Notes: generated by a model not told the origin, from the letters alone. A stretch of DNA of 32,859 nt from an uncultured Ignavibacteria bacterium (GCA_913060595.1 CAJXSA010000001.1:1-32859); one strand, 5' to 3'; numbered from the stretch's first letter, positions 6,815-15,800 are shown. Program-made: numbers and translations.

Positions 6815-8473
6815 TTGACTTTTATTTCCCTGTCGATATCTTGTACTAAGACATATGTCTTACAAGGAGTAGACATTACGAAAAAGCACACTATCAAGAT
6901 CCAAGGTGTAGTTTACGCAAGGGTTTCCTCAACGGAACAAAAAAAGAGCGGATACTCCCTTGAGGCTCAGGTTAAACTCTTGCGAAGATATGCTCGTGAG
7001 CAAAACATTCGCATAATCGGCGAGTACGTAGAAGCAGAATCCGCAAAGAAAGCAGGTAGGGATCGATTCGCGGCAATGCTTGAGGATTTACGAAGATTAC
7101 AGAAAACAGAAAAGCACCCGAAGACAGTCTTTGCCATCCTTACCGAGAAGACCGACCGCCTCTACCGGAATTTCAAAGATTATGTGATGATCGATGATCT
7201 CGATCTTGAAATTCATCTGGTCACTGAAAATGTAGTTATATCAAAGCACTCCCAATCGTCGGTGAAATTCATTCACAGCGTCAAGGTCTTAATGGCCAAG
7301 AATTTCATCGATAATTTGTCTGAAGAAGTTCGCAAAGGGATGAATGAAAAAGCTACCCAAGGCCATTACCCATCCAGAGCACCGGTAGGGTACAGAAACG
7401 TTCGTCGCGGTGGGAAGAGCGTGATGGAGATTGATCCTATCGCGGCACCTGTTATTCGAGGTATCTTCGAGTGGTACACAAGCGACTGCCCTTCCCTTCA
7501 GCAGGTGAAAGCGAGGATTGACCAGAAACTTCTCACCGGAGACATCACTCTGGACTACAAGTTCTCCACATCAAATCTTCACCGCATCCTTCGCAATACG
7601 ATCTACTACGGTGACTTCTTTTGGCACGGAGTCCGGTATCACGGTACTCACGAGCCGATCATAACCAAGGAAATGTTCCTCCGTGCGCAAGAAGTGAGTG
7701 ACACCAACCGAAGGAAGACGCGGAAGAAACATACGGCGCGATGGGCCTTTCAAGGTCTGGTACGTTGTGCCGAATGTGGCGGGATCATGAGTGCCGATAA
7801 AAAGAAAAAGCGATATGTCTACTACCACTGCTCTGGCCGCGTGAAACCATGTCGGAGCCGAGCCTACGTTCGGGAGGAGCTTCTTAATGAAGCGTTCGAG
7901 GAGATACTGGGGGCGGTACAGTTGCCAGAGGAACTGGTTGTGAGATTCAAGAACTCGCTGGAAAGCACATCACAGGAGCGGGACGAGATCAAGGCAACTC
8001 GGTTGCACGAATTACAAACGGAACTTGCTCTGCTGACGAAGCGACTGGATTTGCTGTATCGGGATCGCCTCGACCGAGTGATCACAACAGAAGCGTATAA
8101 AACGTACAAGGCCGAGATCGAGCGGCAATGTGACGGCATTGAGTCAGAAATCCTGATCGCCAGTGAGATGAACGGCGAGGCGCTCCGTGGAGGAATCGCC
8201 ATTCTCGAACTTCTTGGGACACTGGCGCAATGGTTCCAAACAGCGGAAGCATCAGAAAAACGACTTTGTCTTGTGGCCACGCTCTCGAACTCAGAATGGA
8301 AAGATGGTCATCTTCAGGTCATGTACCGCCAACCACTTGATGCGATTGCACTTGCGGTAATTGAAGCGAAAAAGAAAATCGGCAAATCTCTCTCGAAATC
8401 TGCCGATTATCCCGTTTGGTGCGCCCAACGGGATTCGAACCCGTGTTTTCAGCGTGAAAGGCTGACGACCTAG
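6815..8473 (+). CDS. Large serine recombinase (integrase-type). The start codon is uncertain.
   Basis: Motifs seen: catalytic YARVSSTEQ, TDRLYRN, recombinase-domain GHYPSRAPVGYR, zinc-ribbon CAECGG...YYHCSG..C, and a coiled-coil (LQTELALLTKRLDLLYRDRLD). The only canonical in-frame start is TTG 6815, with an SD only 1 nt upstream. A second AAGGAG (6864..6869) sits 5 nt before in-frame ATT 6875. The last 57 nt are antisense to tRNA-Glu. Confidence 0.92.
   Translation: MTFISLSISCTKTYVLQGVDITKKHTIKIQGVVYARVSSTEQKKSGYSLEAQVKLLRRYAREQNIRIIGEYVEAESAKKAGRDRFAAMLEDLRRLQKTEKHPKTVFAILTEKTDRLYRNFKDYVMIDDLDLEIHLVTENVVISKHSQSSVKFIHSVKVLMAKNFIDNLSEEVRKGMNEKATQGHYPSRAPVGYRNVRRGGKSVMEIDPIAAPVIRGIFEWYTSDCPSLQQVKARIDQKLLTGDITLDYKFSTSNLHRILRNTIYYGDFFWHGVRYHGTHEPIITKEMFLRAQEVSDTNRRKTRKKHTARWAFQGLVRCAECGGIMSADKKKKRYVYYHCSGRVKPCRSRAYVREELLNEAFEEILGAVQLPEELVVRFKNSLESTSQERDEIKATRLHELQTELALLTKRLDLLYRDRLDRVITTEAYKTYKAEIERQCDGIESEILIASEMNGEALRGGIAILELLGTLAQWFQTAEASEKRLCLVATLSNSEWKDGHLQVMYRQPLDAIALAVIEAKKKIGKSLSKSADYPVWCAQRDSNPCFQRERLTT
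7354..7408. repeat. Right arm of the perfect 55-nt inverted repeat (partner is 1..55). It begins at recombinase codon ~181.
   Basis: Direct base-by-base comparison with rc(1..55). The flanking base 7353 (c) differs from rc(56) (a). The repeat start coincides with the boundary between the catalytic domain and the recombinase (DNA-binding) domain. Confidence 0.9.
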
Positions 8474-8492
8474 GCCTCTAGTCGATGGGCGC
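8417..8492 (-). tRNA. tRNA-Glu (anticodon UUC), 76 nt including encoded CCA.
   Basis: rc = GCGCCCATCGACTAGAGGCCTAGGTCGTCAGCCTTTCACGCTGAAAACACGGGTTCGAATCCCGTTGGGCGCACCA. It has a 7-bp acceptor stem (GCGCCCA/TGGGCGC), an anticodon stem TCAGC/GCTGA with loop CTTTCAC, and a T-arm ACGGG-TTCGAAT-CCCGT. It aligns position for position with E. coli tRNA-Glu. Confidence 0.95.
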
Positions 8493-8528
8493 AAAGTCTA
8501 CTAATATACGATTTCTTTCAGCCTAAAG

Positions 8529-9251
8529 TCAAGAGATCTTGCCGAGCATGCTCTGAAAACGCAGGCGCCAGACCATGGTGACGGCTTCACGGACGATTTT
8601 CTTCGACATCTTGGAGATGCCGACGCGGCGGTCCATGAAAATAATGGGTATTTCGTGTATGCGATAGCCCTTTTTCCAGGCCTTGAAGCTCATTTCAATC
8701 TGGAAACTGTAACCGTTGCTGCGCACCTGGTCGAGATCGATGGCTTTCAGCACCTCGACGCGGAAGCACTTGAATCCGCCGGTTGCGTCTCGCACGGGGA
8801 GTCCGGTCACGATGCGCGTGTACTGGTTGGCGAAGTAGCTCAGCAGAAGCCGTTTCATCGGCCAGTTGACCACGTTGACGCCCTGGATGTAGCGGGAACC
8901 GAGCACGAGGTCGTACTCCTCGATCGCTTCGAGGAAACGGGGCAGCGTCCCGGGGTCGTGCGAGAAATCCGCATCCATTTCGAACACGTAGTCATAGCCC
9001 TGGGCGATGGCGTATTTGAAACCGGCGACATAGGCCGTGCCGAGTCCCATTTTCTTCTCACGTTCGAGCAGGTGGATGCGGTCGTCGCTGCCGTCCATCA
9101 TCGCGCGCACCGCGTCCCCGGTGCCGTCGGGAGAATTGTCGTCCACGACGAGCACCTGCAGGCGCTCATCCCGCGAGAGGATGTCCGGAACGATGTTCTG
9201 GATGTTCTCCAGCTCGTTGTAGGTCGGTATGATGACGAGAGCACGTTTCAT
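8529..9251 (-). CDS. GT2 polyprenol-phosphate mannosyltransferase (Ppm1/Dpm1-like).
   Basis: 240 aa. IIPTYNE...VVDDNSPDGT...MDADFSHDP...GSRY... is the typical dolichyl/polyprenyl-phosphate mannose synthase signature. Confidence 0.88.
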   Translation of the reverse strand: MKRALVIIPTYNELENIQNIVPDILSRDERLQVLVVDDNSPDGTGDAVRAMMDGSDDRIHLLEREKKMGLGTAYVAGFKYAIAQGYDYVFEMDADFSHDPGTLPRFLEAIEEYDLVLGSRYIQGVNVVNWPMKRLLLSYFANQYTRIVTGLPVRDATGGFKCFRVEVLKAIDLDQVRSNGYSFQIEMSFKAWKKGYRIHEIPIIFMDRRVGISKMSKKIVREAVTMVWRLRFQSMLGKIS

Positions 9252-9258
9252 GACAGAA

Positions 9259-9286
9259 CGAATTCACGCGTTGCTGCGTGAATTCG
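9259..9286. promoter_or_regulatory. Perfect 11-bp inverted repeat (CGAATTCACGC-N6-GCGTGAATTCG) in the divergent promoter region, 8 nt upstream of the GT2 start codon.
   Basis: Arms 9259..9269 and 9276..9286 are exact reverse complements. No U-tract follows on either strand, so it is an operator or 5'-UTR hairpin candidate rather than a terminator. Confidence 0.4.
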
Positions 9287-9417
9287 AAAAAGATTCCGAA
9301 ATATCTGAAGAAATCGGCAGAAGTCAAAGGAAGGAATGCGGGCGTGGGGACGATGCGTTCCATGCGCGGCACTTTTGTATATTACCTGCATACCGTGTAT
9401 CACCTGAAGACAAAGTC

Positions 9418-12400
9418 ATGAAGCAGTTTCAGATACTTCTCATCGCTCTATTGCTCTTTCCCGCCTTTGCGCTTGCCCAGCAGGCGGATCACGTCGTGAT
9501 CAGCGAGTTCGCCACCCGCGGCGCCTCGGGGAATCAGGCGGGTGAATTCGTCGAGCTTTACAATCCCCTGAATGTCGACGTGGATATTTCCGGCTGGGAG
9601 CTGCAGTACCGCTCGGCCAGCGGTTCGTCGTATTCCGCGCTCGTGCGCATCCCGGAAGGAAACGTTATCAAGGGCAAGTCCTTTTACCTCATTACCGGCA
9701 GCAGCTGGACGGGGACGCCGGATGCGGATACGCAGTGGGCGTCGTCGGGGATGGCGGACAATGGAAACATTCGCATCACGGACGCGGACGGCAAGCCGGT
9801 GGACCGTGTCGGCTACGGCTCCGGGAATGACCCGGAAGGATCCGGCGCCCCCAATCACGGGGAGTCGGCCAACGACAACAGTGTCGAGCGCAAGGCCGCT
9901 GCTTCCTCCACCGCCGCGACCCTCGCAGCGGGCGGCAGTGACGCCCTCGCCGGCAACGGCTGGGACAGCGACGACAACGCGGCCGATTTCGTCGTGCAGT
10001 CCGCGGGACGCAATCCGCAGAACAGCACGAGCGCGCCCGAACCTGCCACGGCCGACGGTTCCGGCACGGCGAGCATCGCCCTGACCGAAGTCAAGGCAGC
10101 AGAAGTGTTCACGCTGGACATCACCTTCCGTCCTTCTCCGGACTTCACCATTTCCGGACTGCGTATCGTCATTCCCTCCGGCATGCTGTGGAGCGGTGAC
10201 GCGGCGGATGTCTCCACGGACGCGCAGCTGCAGACTGATATCAGCGTTTCGGGCGACACCGTCGTATGTGAACGCCTCACGTTCGGCGGGGAAGAAGCGG
10301 TCATCAGCATCGCAGACCTGACGGCGCCTTCGGCAACCGGAAACTATCCCTTCGTCATCCTCACATACGGTGACGCGCAATATCTCCCGATACAGAATCC
10401 GCCCGCACTGTTCGTGCGCGGGGGGCCCATGCCGATTGCCGAGGCCAGTGCCAACGACGCGAACGGCGTGCCGCTGCTGCTGGGTGAAGTGGTGACGGTC
10501 AACGGCGTCGTGACGGTGGCCGACCAGTTCGGCGCCCCCGGCTACCTGCAGGATCACACCGGCGGCATCGCCGTGTATGACTTCAATTTCACCGAGGCGG
10601 TGGAGATAGGGGACGAGGTCACCATCACCGGAACCATCACGCAGTTCAACGGTCTGACCGAGATCGAAAACGTCACCATCGACGCGACCCCCTCGAAAAA
10701 CAACACCGTCGTGCCCGTCGAGGTGAGCATTGCGGATCTGCTCGACGACGGGAAGAACGGCGTCGAGGAATATGAGTGCCTTCTCGTGCGTGTCAACGGG
10801 GTGACCGTGAACACGCAGGCATGGACCGTCACCGGTTCCGGGGTCAATTACACGCTGTCGGACGGGACGAAAGAAATCGACGTGCGCATCGACAACGACG
10901 TGCCCTTCGCCGGACAGCCCGCCCCGGGCGGCAGCTTCGACATCGTCGGCGTGATGAGCCAGTATCAGCGCAACAGCCCGTACGTCGGCGGTTATCAGCT
11001 GATGCCGCGTCTCGGGAGCGACATCATCGCTTCGGGTCCCCGCATCCTGAGCACCCCGGCGCATCAGCGCCCCACCGAAACCGAGGCCGTAACCATCGCA
11101 TGGACCGTTTCACCGGAGGCCGCGGCGCATGCGCGTTACGGCATGACGGACGCCTACGAGGGCGGGGTGGTTTCGGGCGGCAGTCCCGGTGCGGAGCAGC
11201 AGGTGCGCATCGCGGGACTTTCCCCCGCGACCATTTACAAAGTGCAGCCTTTCTCCGTGGCCGGCGGCGATACGAGCTTCGCCCAGCCCATGTGGGTGAG
11301 CACGCGATCCGCAACGTCCACGGGCGTCATCAACGCGCGTTTCAGCAGGGATGCGGACAATGACATCGACGGCGCGGCGGAGGCAGACGCAGACGTCCGG
11401 CTCGGCAACATGCTCATGGATCGCATCGACGCCGCGCAGCACAGCATCGACCTGTGCCTGTACTCGCTCAGCGGCACCGTGGGCGACGACATTGCCGACC
11501 GCCTGCTCGCCGCGAAATCCCGCGGGGTCAGCGTGCGTGCGATTTTCGAAACCGACAACGCCAACACCAACGCGATTCGGACCGTGCGAAACAATCTTCC
11601 GGCCATCGTCGATAATTACGACCGGGTCAATGCCGGCGCCGGCCTGATGCACAACAAGTTCGTGGTCATCGACGCGCGCGACCGGTCGAGCGACACCGAC
11701 GACTGGGTGCTGATGGGGTCGTGGAATCCGACGGACCCGGGCACGAACAACGACGCGCAGAACGTGCTCGAGATCCAGGACCAGGCGCTGGCAGTAGCGT
11801 ATACCCGTGAGTTCGAGGAGATGTGGGGAAGTGACACCGATACGCCCAACAGCACCGTGTCTCGTTTTGGAGCGCGGAAATCGGACAACACGCCGCATGT
11901 GTTCTCCATCGGTCCGGGCGACGTTCCCGTCGATCTGTATTTCAGTCCCAGTGACCAGACGACGCGCATCATTCTGCGTGAGATCGAGCGTGCAGAACAC
12001 TCCCTCTATTTTGCCACGCTCACCTTTACGCGCGACGACCTGGCCCGCGCACTCGTCGATCAGCATGATGCGGGACTCTCGGTGCGGGGACTGATGGACA
12101 ACAGTTCCGACCAGGGGAATGAGTTTTCCTTCCTGCAGTCCTCCGGCGTGGATGTGCTTCTGAAGAAAGGATTCTCCGGCCTGCTGCATCACAAGTACCT
12201 GATCGTCGACGCGGACGCCGGAAGCGCGCCCGGCGTGGTCACCGGGTCGCACAACTGGTCGAATTCCGCGGAATTCTCCAATAATGAGAATACCGTTGTC
12301 ATTCGCGACCGACGCATCGCCGAGCAGTATCTGCAGGAGTGGTTCACCCGCTATCGCCAGTCCGGCGGAACGGCCGTCATCGTACTGGGCGTGGACGAGG

Positions 12401-12687
12401 TCAACGTTCTGCCGGAAGGCGCGACCGCCGTGCTGTATCCGAACCCTCTTTCCGCGGGTTCCCAGGCCGCCGTGCGTGTCAGCGGTGCGGAAACAGGCAT
12501 TCGTGACGTCGTGCTCTTCGACATGCTCGGCCGTGAACTGCATCGCAGGTCGGAGCAGTCGTCGTCCTTCAGTGCCGGAAGCTTCCTTCTGCCTACGGCC
12601 GGACTTGCGCCGGGCAGCTACATGGTGCTTCTGCGCCTCCGTGACGGACAGCAGCGCACACTGCGCTTCATCGTCGTTCCCCGCTAA
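9418..12687 (+). CDS. Secreted multidomain protein: signal peptide, lamin-tail domain, OB-like module, PLD-family (two HKD motifs) nuclease/phosphodiesterase domain, and a T9SS C-terminal sorting domain.
   Basis: Trimmed from 9229 to ATG 9418 (MKQFQILLIALLLFPAFALAQQ signal peptide). The LTD is VVISEF..GEFVELYNP..ISGWEL (~9490..9830). HKD motifs are HNKFVVID (H at 11650) and HHKYLIVD (12187), with GSWNPT/GSHNWS. The C-terminal LYPNPLS...FIVVPR is a T9SS type-A CTD (~12430..12684). Confidence 0.85.
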   Translation: MKQFQILLIALLLFPAFALAQQADHVVISEFATRGASGNQAGEFVELYNPLNVDVDISGWELQYRSASGSSYSALVRIPEGNVIKGKSFYLITGSSWTGTPDADTQWASSGMADNGNIRITDADGKPVDRVGYGSGNDPEGSGAPNHGESANDNSVERKAAASSTAATLAAGGSDALAGNGWDSDDNAADFVVQSAGRNPQNSTSAPEPATADGSGTASIALTEVKAAEVFTLDITFRPSPDFTISGLRIVIPSGMLWSGDAADVSTDAQLQTDISVSGDTVVCERLTFGGEEAVISIADLTAPSATGNYPFVILTYGDAQYLPIQNPPALFVRGGPMPIAEASANDANGVPLLLGEVVTVNGVVTVADQFGAPGYLQDHTGGIAVYDFNFTEAVEIGDEVTITGTITQFNGLTEIENVTIDATPSKNNTVVPVEVSIADLLDDGKNGVEEYECLLVRVNGVTVNTQAWTVTGSGVNYTLSDGTKEIDVRIDNDVPFAGQPAPGGSFDIVGVMSQYQRNSPYVGGYQLMPRLGSDIIASGPRILSTPAHQRPTETEAVTIAWTVSPEAAAHARYGMTDAYEGGVVSGGSPGAEQQVRIAGLSPATIYKVQPFSVAGGDTSFAQPMWVSTRSATSTGVINARFSRDADNDIDGAAEADADVRLGNMLMDRIDAAQHSIDLCLYSLSGTVGDDIADRLLAAKSRGVSVRAIFETDNANTNAIRTVRNNLPAIVDNYDRVNAGAGLMHNKFVVIDARDRSSDTDDWVLMGSWNPTDPGTNNDAQNVLEIQDQALAVAYTREFEEMWGSDTDTPNSTVSRFGARKSDNTPHVFSIGPGDVPVDLYFSPSDQTTRIILREIERAEHSLYFATLTFTRDDLARALVDQHDAGLSVRGLMDNSSDQGNEFSFLQSSGVDVLLKKGFSGLLHHKYLIVDADAGSAPGVVTGSHNWSNSAEFSNNENTVVIRDRRIAEQYLQEWFTRYRQSGGTAVIVLGVDEVNVLPEGATAVLYPNPLSAGSQAAVRVSGAETGIRDVVLFDMLGRELHRRSEQSSSFSAGSFLLPTAGLAPGSYMVLLRLRDGQQRTLRFIVVPR

Positions 12688-12709
12688 GGGAACGGATGTC
12701 TGATCTTTC

Positions 12710-12744
12710 GCGGCCGGTGCATGGGTGCCGGCCGCATATTTTTT
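12710..12744 (+). terminator. Rho-independent terminator after the LTD-PLD gene.
   Basis: GC-rich stem 12710..12720 / 12725..12735 (GCGGCCGG..CCGGCCGC plus wobble pairs), a 4-nt loop, then ATA TTTTTT (12739..12744). It lies 23 nt after the stop codon. Confidence 0.7.
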
Positions 12745-12838
12745 CCCATTCGGGGGGCAGTCGAGGAACAAATCCGCCCCGGCGGAGTAGAGACATGAGG
12801 TACGCCCATTATCAAACGCACAAGTCCGGAGAATTGTC

Positions 12839-15800
12839 ATGCTGCTCAGCATTCGACTCGTCTTTCTGCTTCTGATCACGGCGCCGGTCATGTTTCTGAC
12901 CACCGGGTTGCTCGATGGAAACTTCCCGACATCTTCTGTGAGGTATGACATGTCCGGTGACTACGCGGAGCAATGGAAAGCAGTTGACAAAGCACTCAGC
13001 GAGGGACTCCCCAAGACCGCACTGGAACTCGTGGAGGTCATATACGCGCGCGCGAAAAAAGAGGGGAATCGCCCGCAGCTGATTCGCGCGATCACCTATC
13101 GCGTGGCCCTGCATGCCGTGACGAATGAGGAGGACGAAGTCGTACTGCTGCGTGACCTGGAAACGGAAATCGCACAGAGCTCGCAGCCGGTACGCGCGAT
13201 TCTGACTTCCATGCTGGCGGACATGTACTGGAATTACTACCAGCAGAACCGCTGGATCATCAATGATCGCACGCAGGTGGAAGCAGCGCCGGAAGGGGAT
13301 TTCCGCACCTGGGACGCCACCGTGTTTTTTGATACCACGGCAGCCCTGTACCTTCAGTCCCTCGAATCCGCGGCGGAACTGCAGAAGCTCCCCGCGAAAG
13401 ACTGGCAGGTCATACTGCACGGCGGCAGCAACAGCGCCGCGTACCGTCCGACAATGTTCGACATACTCGCACACCGCGCCCTGGCGTTCTTCCAGAACGA
13501 TGAAGTGGATCTCCCTTCGCCGCAGGAAGATTTCGAGGTGACCGGGCTGACCATGCTTGCTCCGCTGCAGCGTTTTGTCGCGGAAGATATCGTGTCTCCG
13601 AACCCGGACAATCCCCGCTACAATGCACTTCTCCTGTACCAGCGCCTGCTGCGATTTCATTCCGACAAAGGGAATACAACCGCCCTGGTTGACTGCGATC
13701 TGCTCCGACTGGATTTTGCGAAGAACATCACCTGGCACGAGGAGAAGGATACAACCTATTTCGAGGCCGTTCGCGCCCTGCATGACAGTTTCCGCGACGA
13801 TCCGATTTCCGCGCAGGCGGGGTACTATCTCGCCCGGTATCATCATGAGCACGGGGATTATGTGGCCGCACTGGCGCGCTGCCGCGAAGAAATAGCGCGT
13901 TTCCCCGAATCGCGCGGCGCTGTCAACTGCCGGGCACTGGAGGCGAACATACTCGAAAAGGAAGTGCAGCTCACCGTGGAGGAGAGCACCCGTCCCGATA
14001 TGCCGATTCTTGTCAGCGCCGGCTTCCGAAACGTGAAGGACGTGCATTTCCGCATCGTGCCGCTCGATTCCGAAGAAATTCTCTCTCCCCGTCGAAACTA
14101 TCATGACCGGCGCGAGATGATCGGCGAGTATCTCAACCGCAGTGTCGTGGCGTCGTGGTCGCAGGCGCTGCCTGACGAGGGGGACTACAAGCTGCACCGG
14201 GCGGATCTCCGCGCCCCCGCGCTTCCCGCCGGCGCGTACATGCTGCTGATGAGTCATGACAGTAAATTTTCGCTCACCGGGAACGCGATCGCTTTCGCGC
14301 GGCTGCAGGTAACGAGACTGAGCCTGCAGAGCTTCCAGGACGGAGACGGAGATCAGCTGTTCTGGGTGACGGACGCCGTCGACGGAGCGCCGCAGGCGAA
14401 CGTGCGTGTCGAGATGTTCACGCAGCGCTGGCGTTCACGCGACAACCGCTACGAACTGACACGAGAAGGCCGCCTGCGCACGGACGAGAACGGAAAATTC
14501 CGTCTCGAGGCCGGCCGGCACCGCGAAGGAGTCATGTTCCGGATTTCCCGTGAGGGAGATACCCTCGCTATCGGGCAGTCTTTCCATGCGTGGCGCCACG
14601 GCGGAGCGCGGACAACGCGACGCATGCTGTTCTTCACTGACCGCGCAATCTACCGGCCGGGACAGACTGTGCACGTAAAGGGCATTGTGCTTGAGGGGAA
14701 TCCTGAGAAGGCGGATTTCCGGGTCGTTCCCGACGCATCCAGCACACTGGTGTTCTACGATGCCAACCATCAGAAAATCCATGAGATGCAGGTCCGCAGC
14801 AATGCGTACGGCTCCTTCAACACGGTGTTCACCGTGCCGTCGGGCGTGCTCACGGGCATGATGAGCATACGCAACGAATGGGGATCGGTGGGCGTGCGCG
14901 TCGAGGAATACCGGCGGCCGAAGTTCGAGGTGGAGTTCGAACCCGTGGAAGGGACCTATGCGCTCAACGATGTCGTCCGGGCGACCGGCCTCGCGAAGGC
15001 CTATGCCGGTTCGAACATCGACGGGGCGGAAGTGTCCTGGCGCGTCGTGCGCCGCACGCGCTACCCGTACTGGTTCTGGTGGTGGCGTCCGGCACCGCGC
15101 AGCGCGGAACGCGAGATCGCGCACGGCACAGCGCGCACGGACGGCGACGGCCGATTCGCGCTCTCTTTCGAGGCCATACCGGACAAGTCTGTCGACCGCG
15201 CGACGCTGCCTGTGTTCACGTATGAAATTTTTGCCGATGTGACCGACATCAACGGTGAAACGCACAGCGCGACGACGCGTGTCAGCGCCGGGTACACGTC
15301 CATAGAGCTTTCCCTGTCCCTGCCCGAAACCCTGGATGGCAGCAAGGATTACACCGTTGCGTTGTACACGCGCAACCTGGGGGGACAGCCCGTCGCAGCG
15401 GACGGCACCGTCGTCCTCGAGCGTCTCGATGCGCCGGACCGCATTATCCGCGACCGCGTGCTCCCGGAGCCTGACACCTGGATACTGTCCGAGGAGGAGT
15501 TCCGTCGGGACTTCCCGCATGACGTGTACAGGGATGAGAACGTCCCCGGCACCTGGCCGGTCGCGGAGCGCGTGCTGCGCAGCGATGTGCGTAACAGCGA
15601 AGAGGGCATCGATTCTCTGCGTCTGGCCGATCTCTCACCAGGGCGATACCGTGTGACGTTCACCGTCCCGGATCCTTCCGGGGAAGAACTCACGCTCGTT
15701 CGCGACATCACCGTGTACCGGCCGGAGGACGATCTTCCCGTCCCGATGGCCGAGTTCTTCCTGGCACAGGAAACCTCCGTCGAACCGGGGGGCAGCGCGC

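Larger units (their letters stand above)
1..8492. mobile_element. AT-rich genomic (defence) island abutting the 3' end of tRNA-Glu. It carries a serine recombinase and continues left of the window.
   Basis: There is an abrupt composition change, AT-rich to the left of ~8.42-8.53 kb and GC-rich to the right (eye estimate). The recombinase gene is adjacent to and oriented into the tRNA 3' end. The cargo is R-M and Abi genes. The left end and any att duplication are not in the window. Confidence 0.72.

Noticed and set aside
6732-6835. Three copies of the hexamer CTGTCG (6732, 6760, 6830) in the mod/recombinase intergenic region, considered as possible recombinase or regulator sites.
   Set aside because: The hexamer is short, the spacing is irregular (28 and 70 nt), and there is no flanking similarity or dyad symmetry. 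This is compatible with chance.
6754-6849. 31-aa ORF (MALSLREVRWSIVKKRLWKELDFYFPVDILY), considered as a candidate excisionase/RDF or leader peptide upstream of the recombinase.
   Set aside because: It has no SD, is very short, and shows no helix-turn-helix-like pattern. It cannot be supported from sequence alone.
8291-8494. 67-aa minus-strand ORF (MRPSTRGLGRQPFTLKTRVRIPLGAPNG...).
   Set aside because: It is simply a translation through the tRNA-Glu gene and the antisense of the recombinase 3' end.
9229-9417. N-terminal extensions in the ORF track: 9229 for the PLD gene, and similarly 27574, 25711, 28445, 23379, 1451 and 31583.
   Set aside because: The extensions overlap neighbouring genes or promoter regions and are compositionally aberrant. 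Internal ATGs give canonical N-termini (signal peptide, lipobox, family-typical starts) with small intergenic gaps.
9448-12951. Long minus-strand ORFs (9448..11064, 538 aa; 11110..12951, 613 aa) antisense to the LTD-PLD gene.
   Set aside because: The sequences are Arg/Gly/Ala/His/Val-rich and low-complexity, with no recognisable motifs. They are typical GC-rich shadow ORFs opposite a gene with clear LTD, HKD and T9SS motifs.
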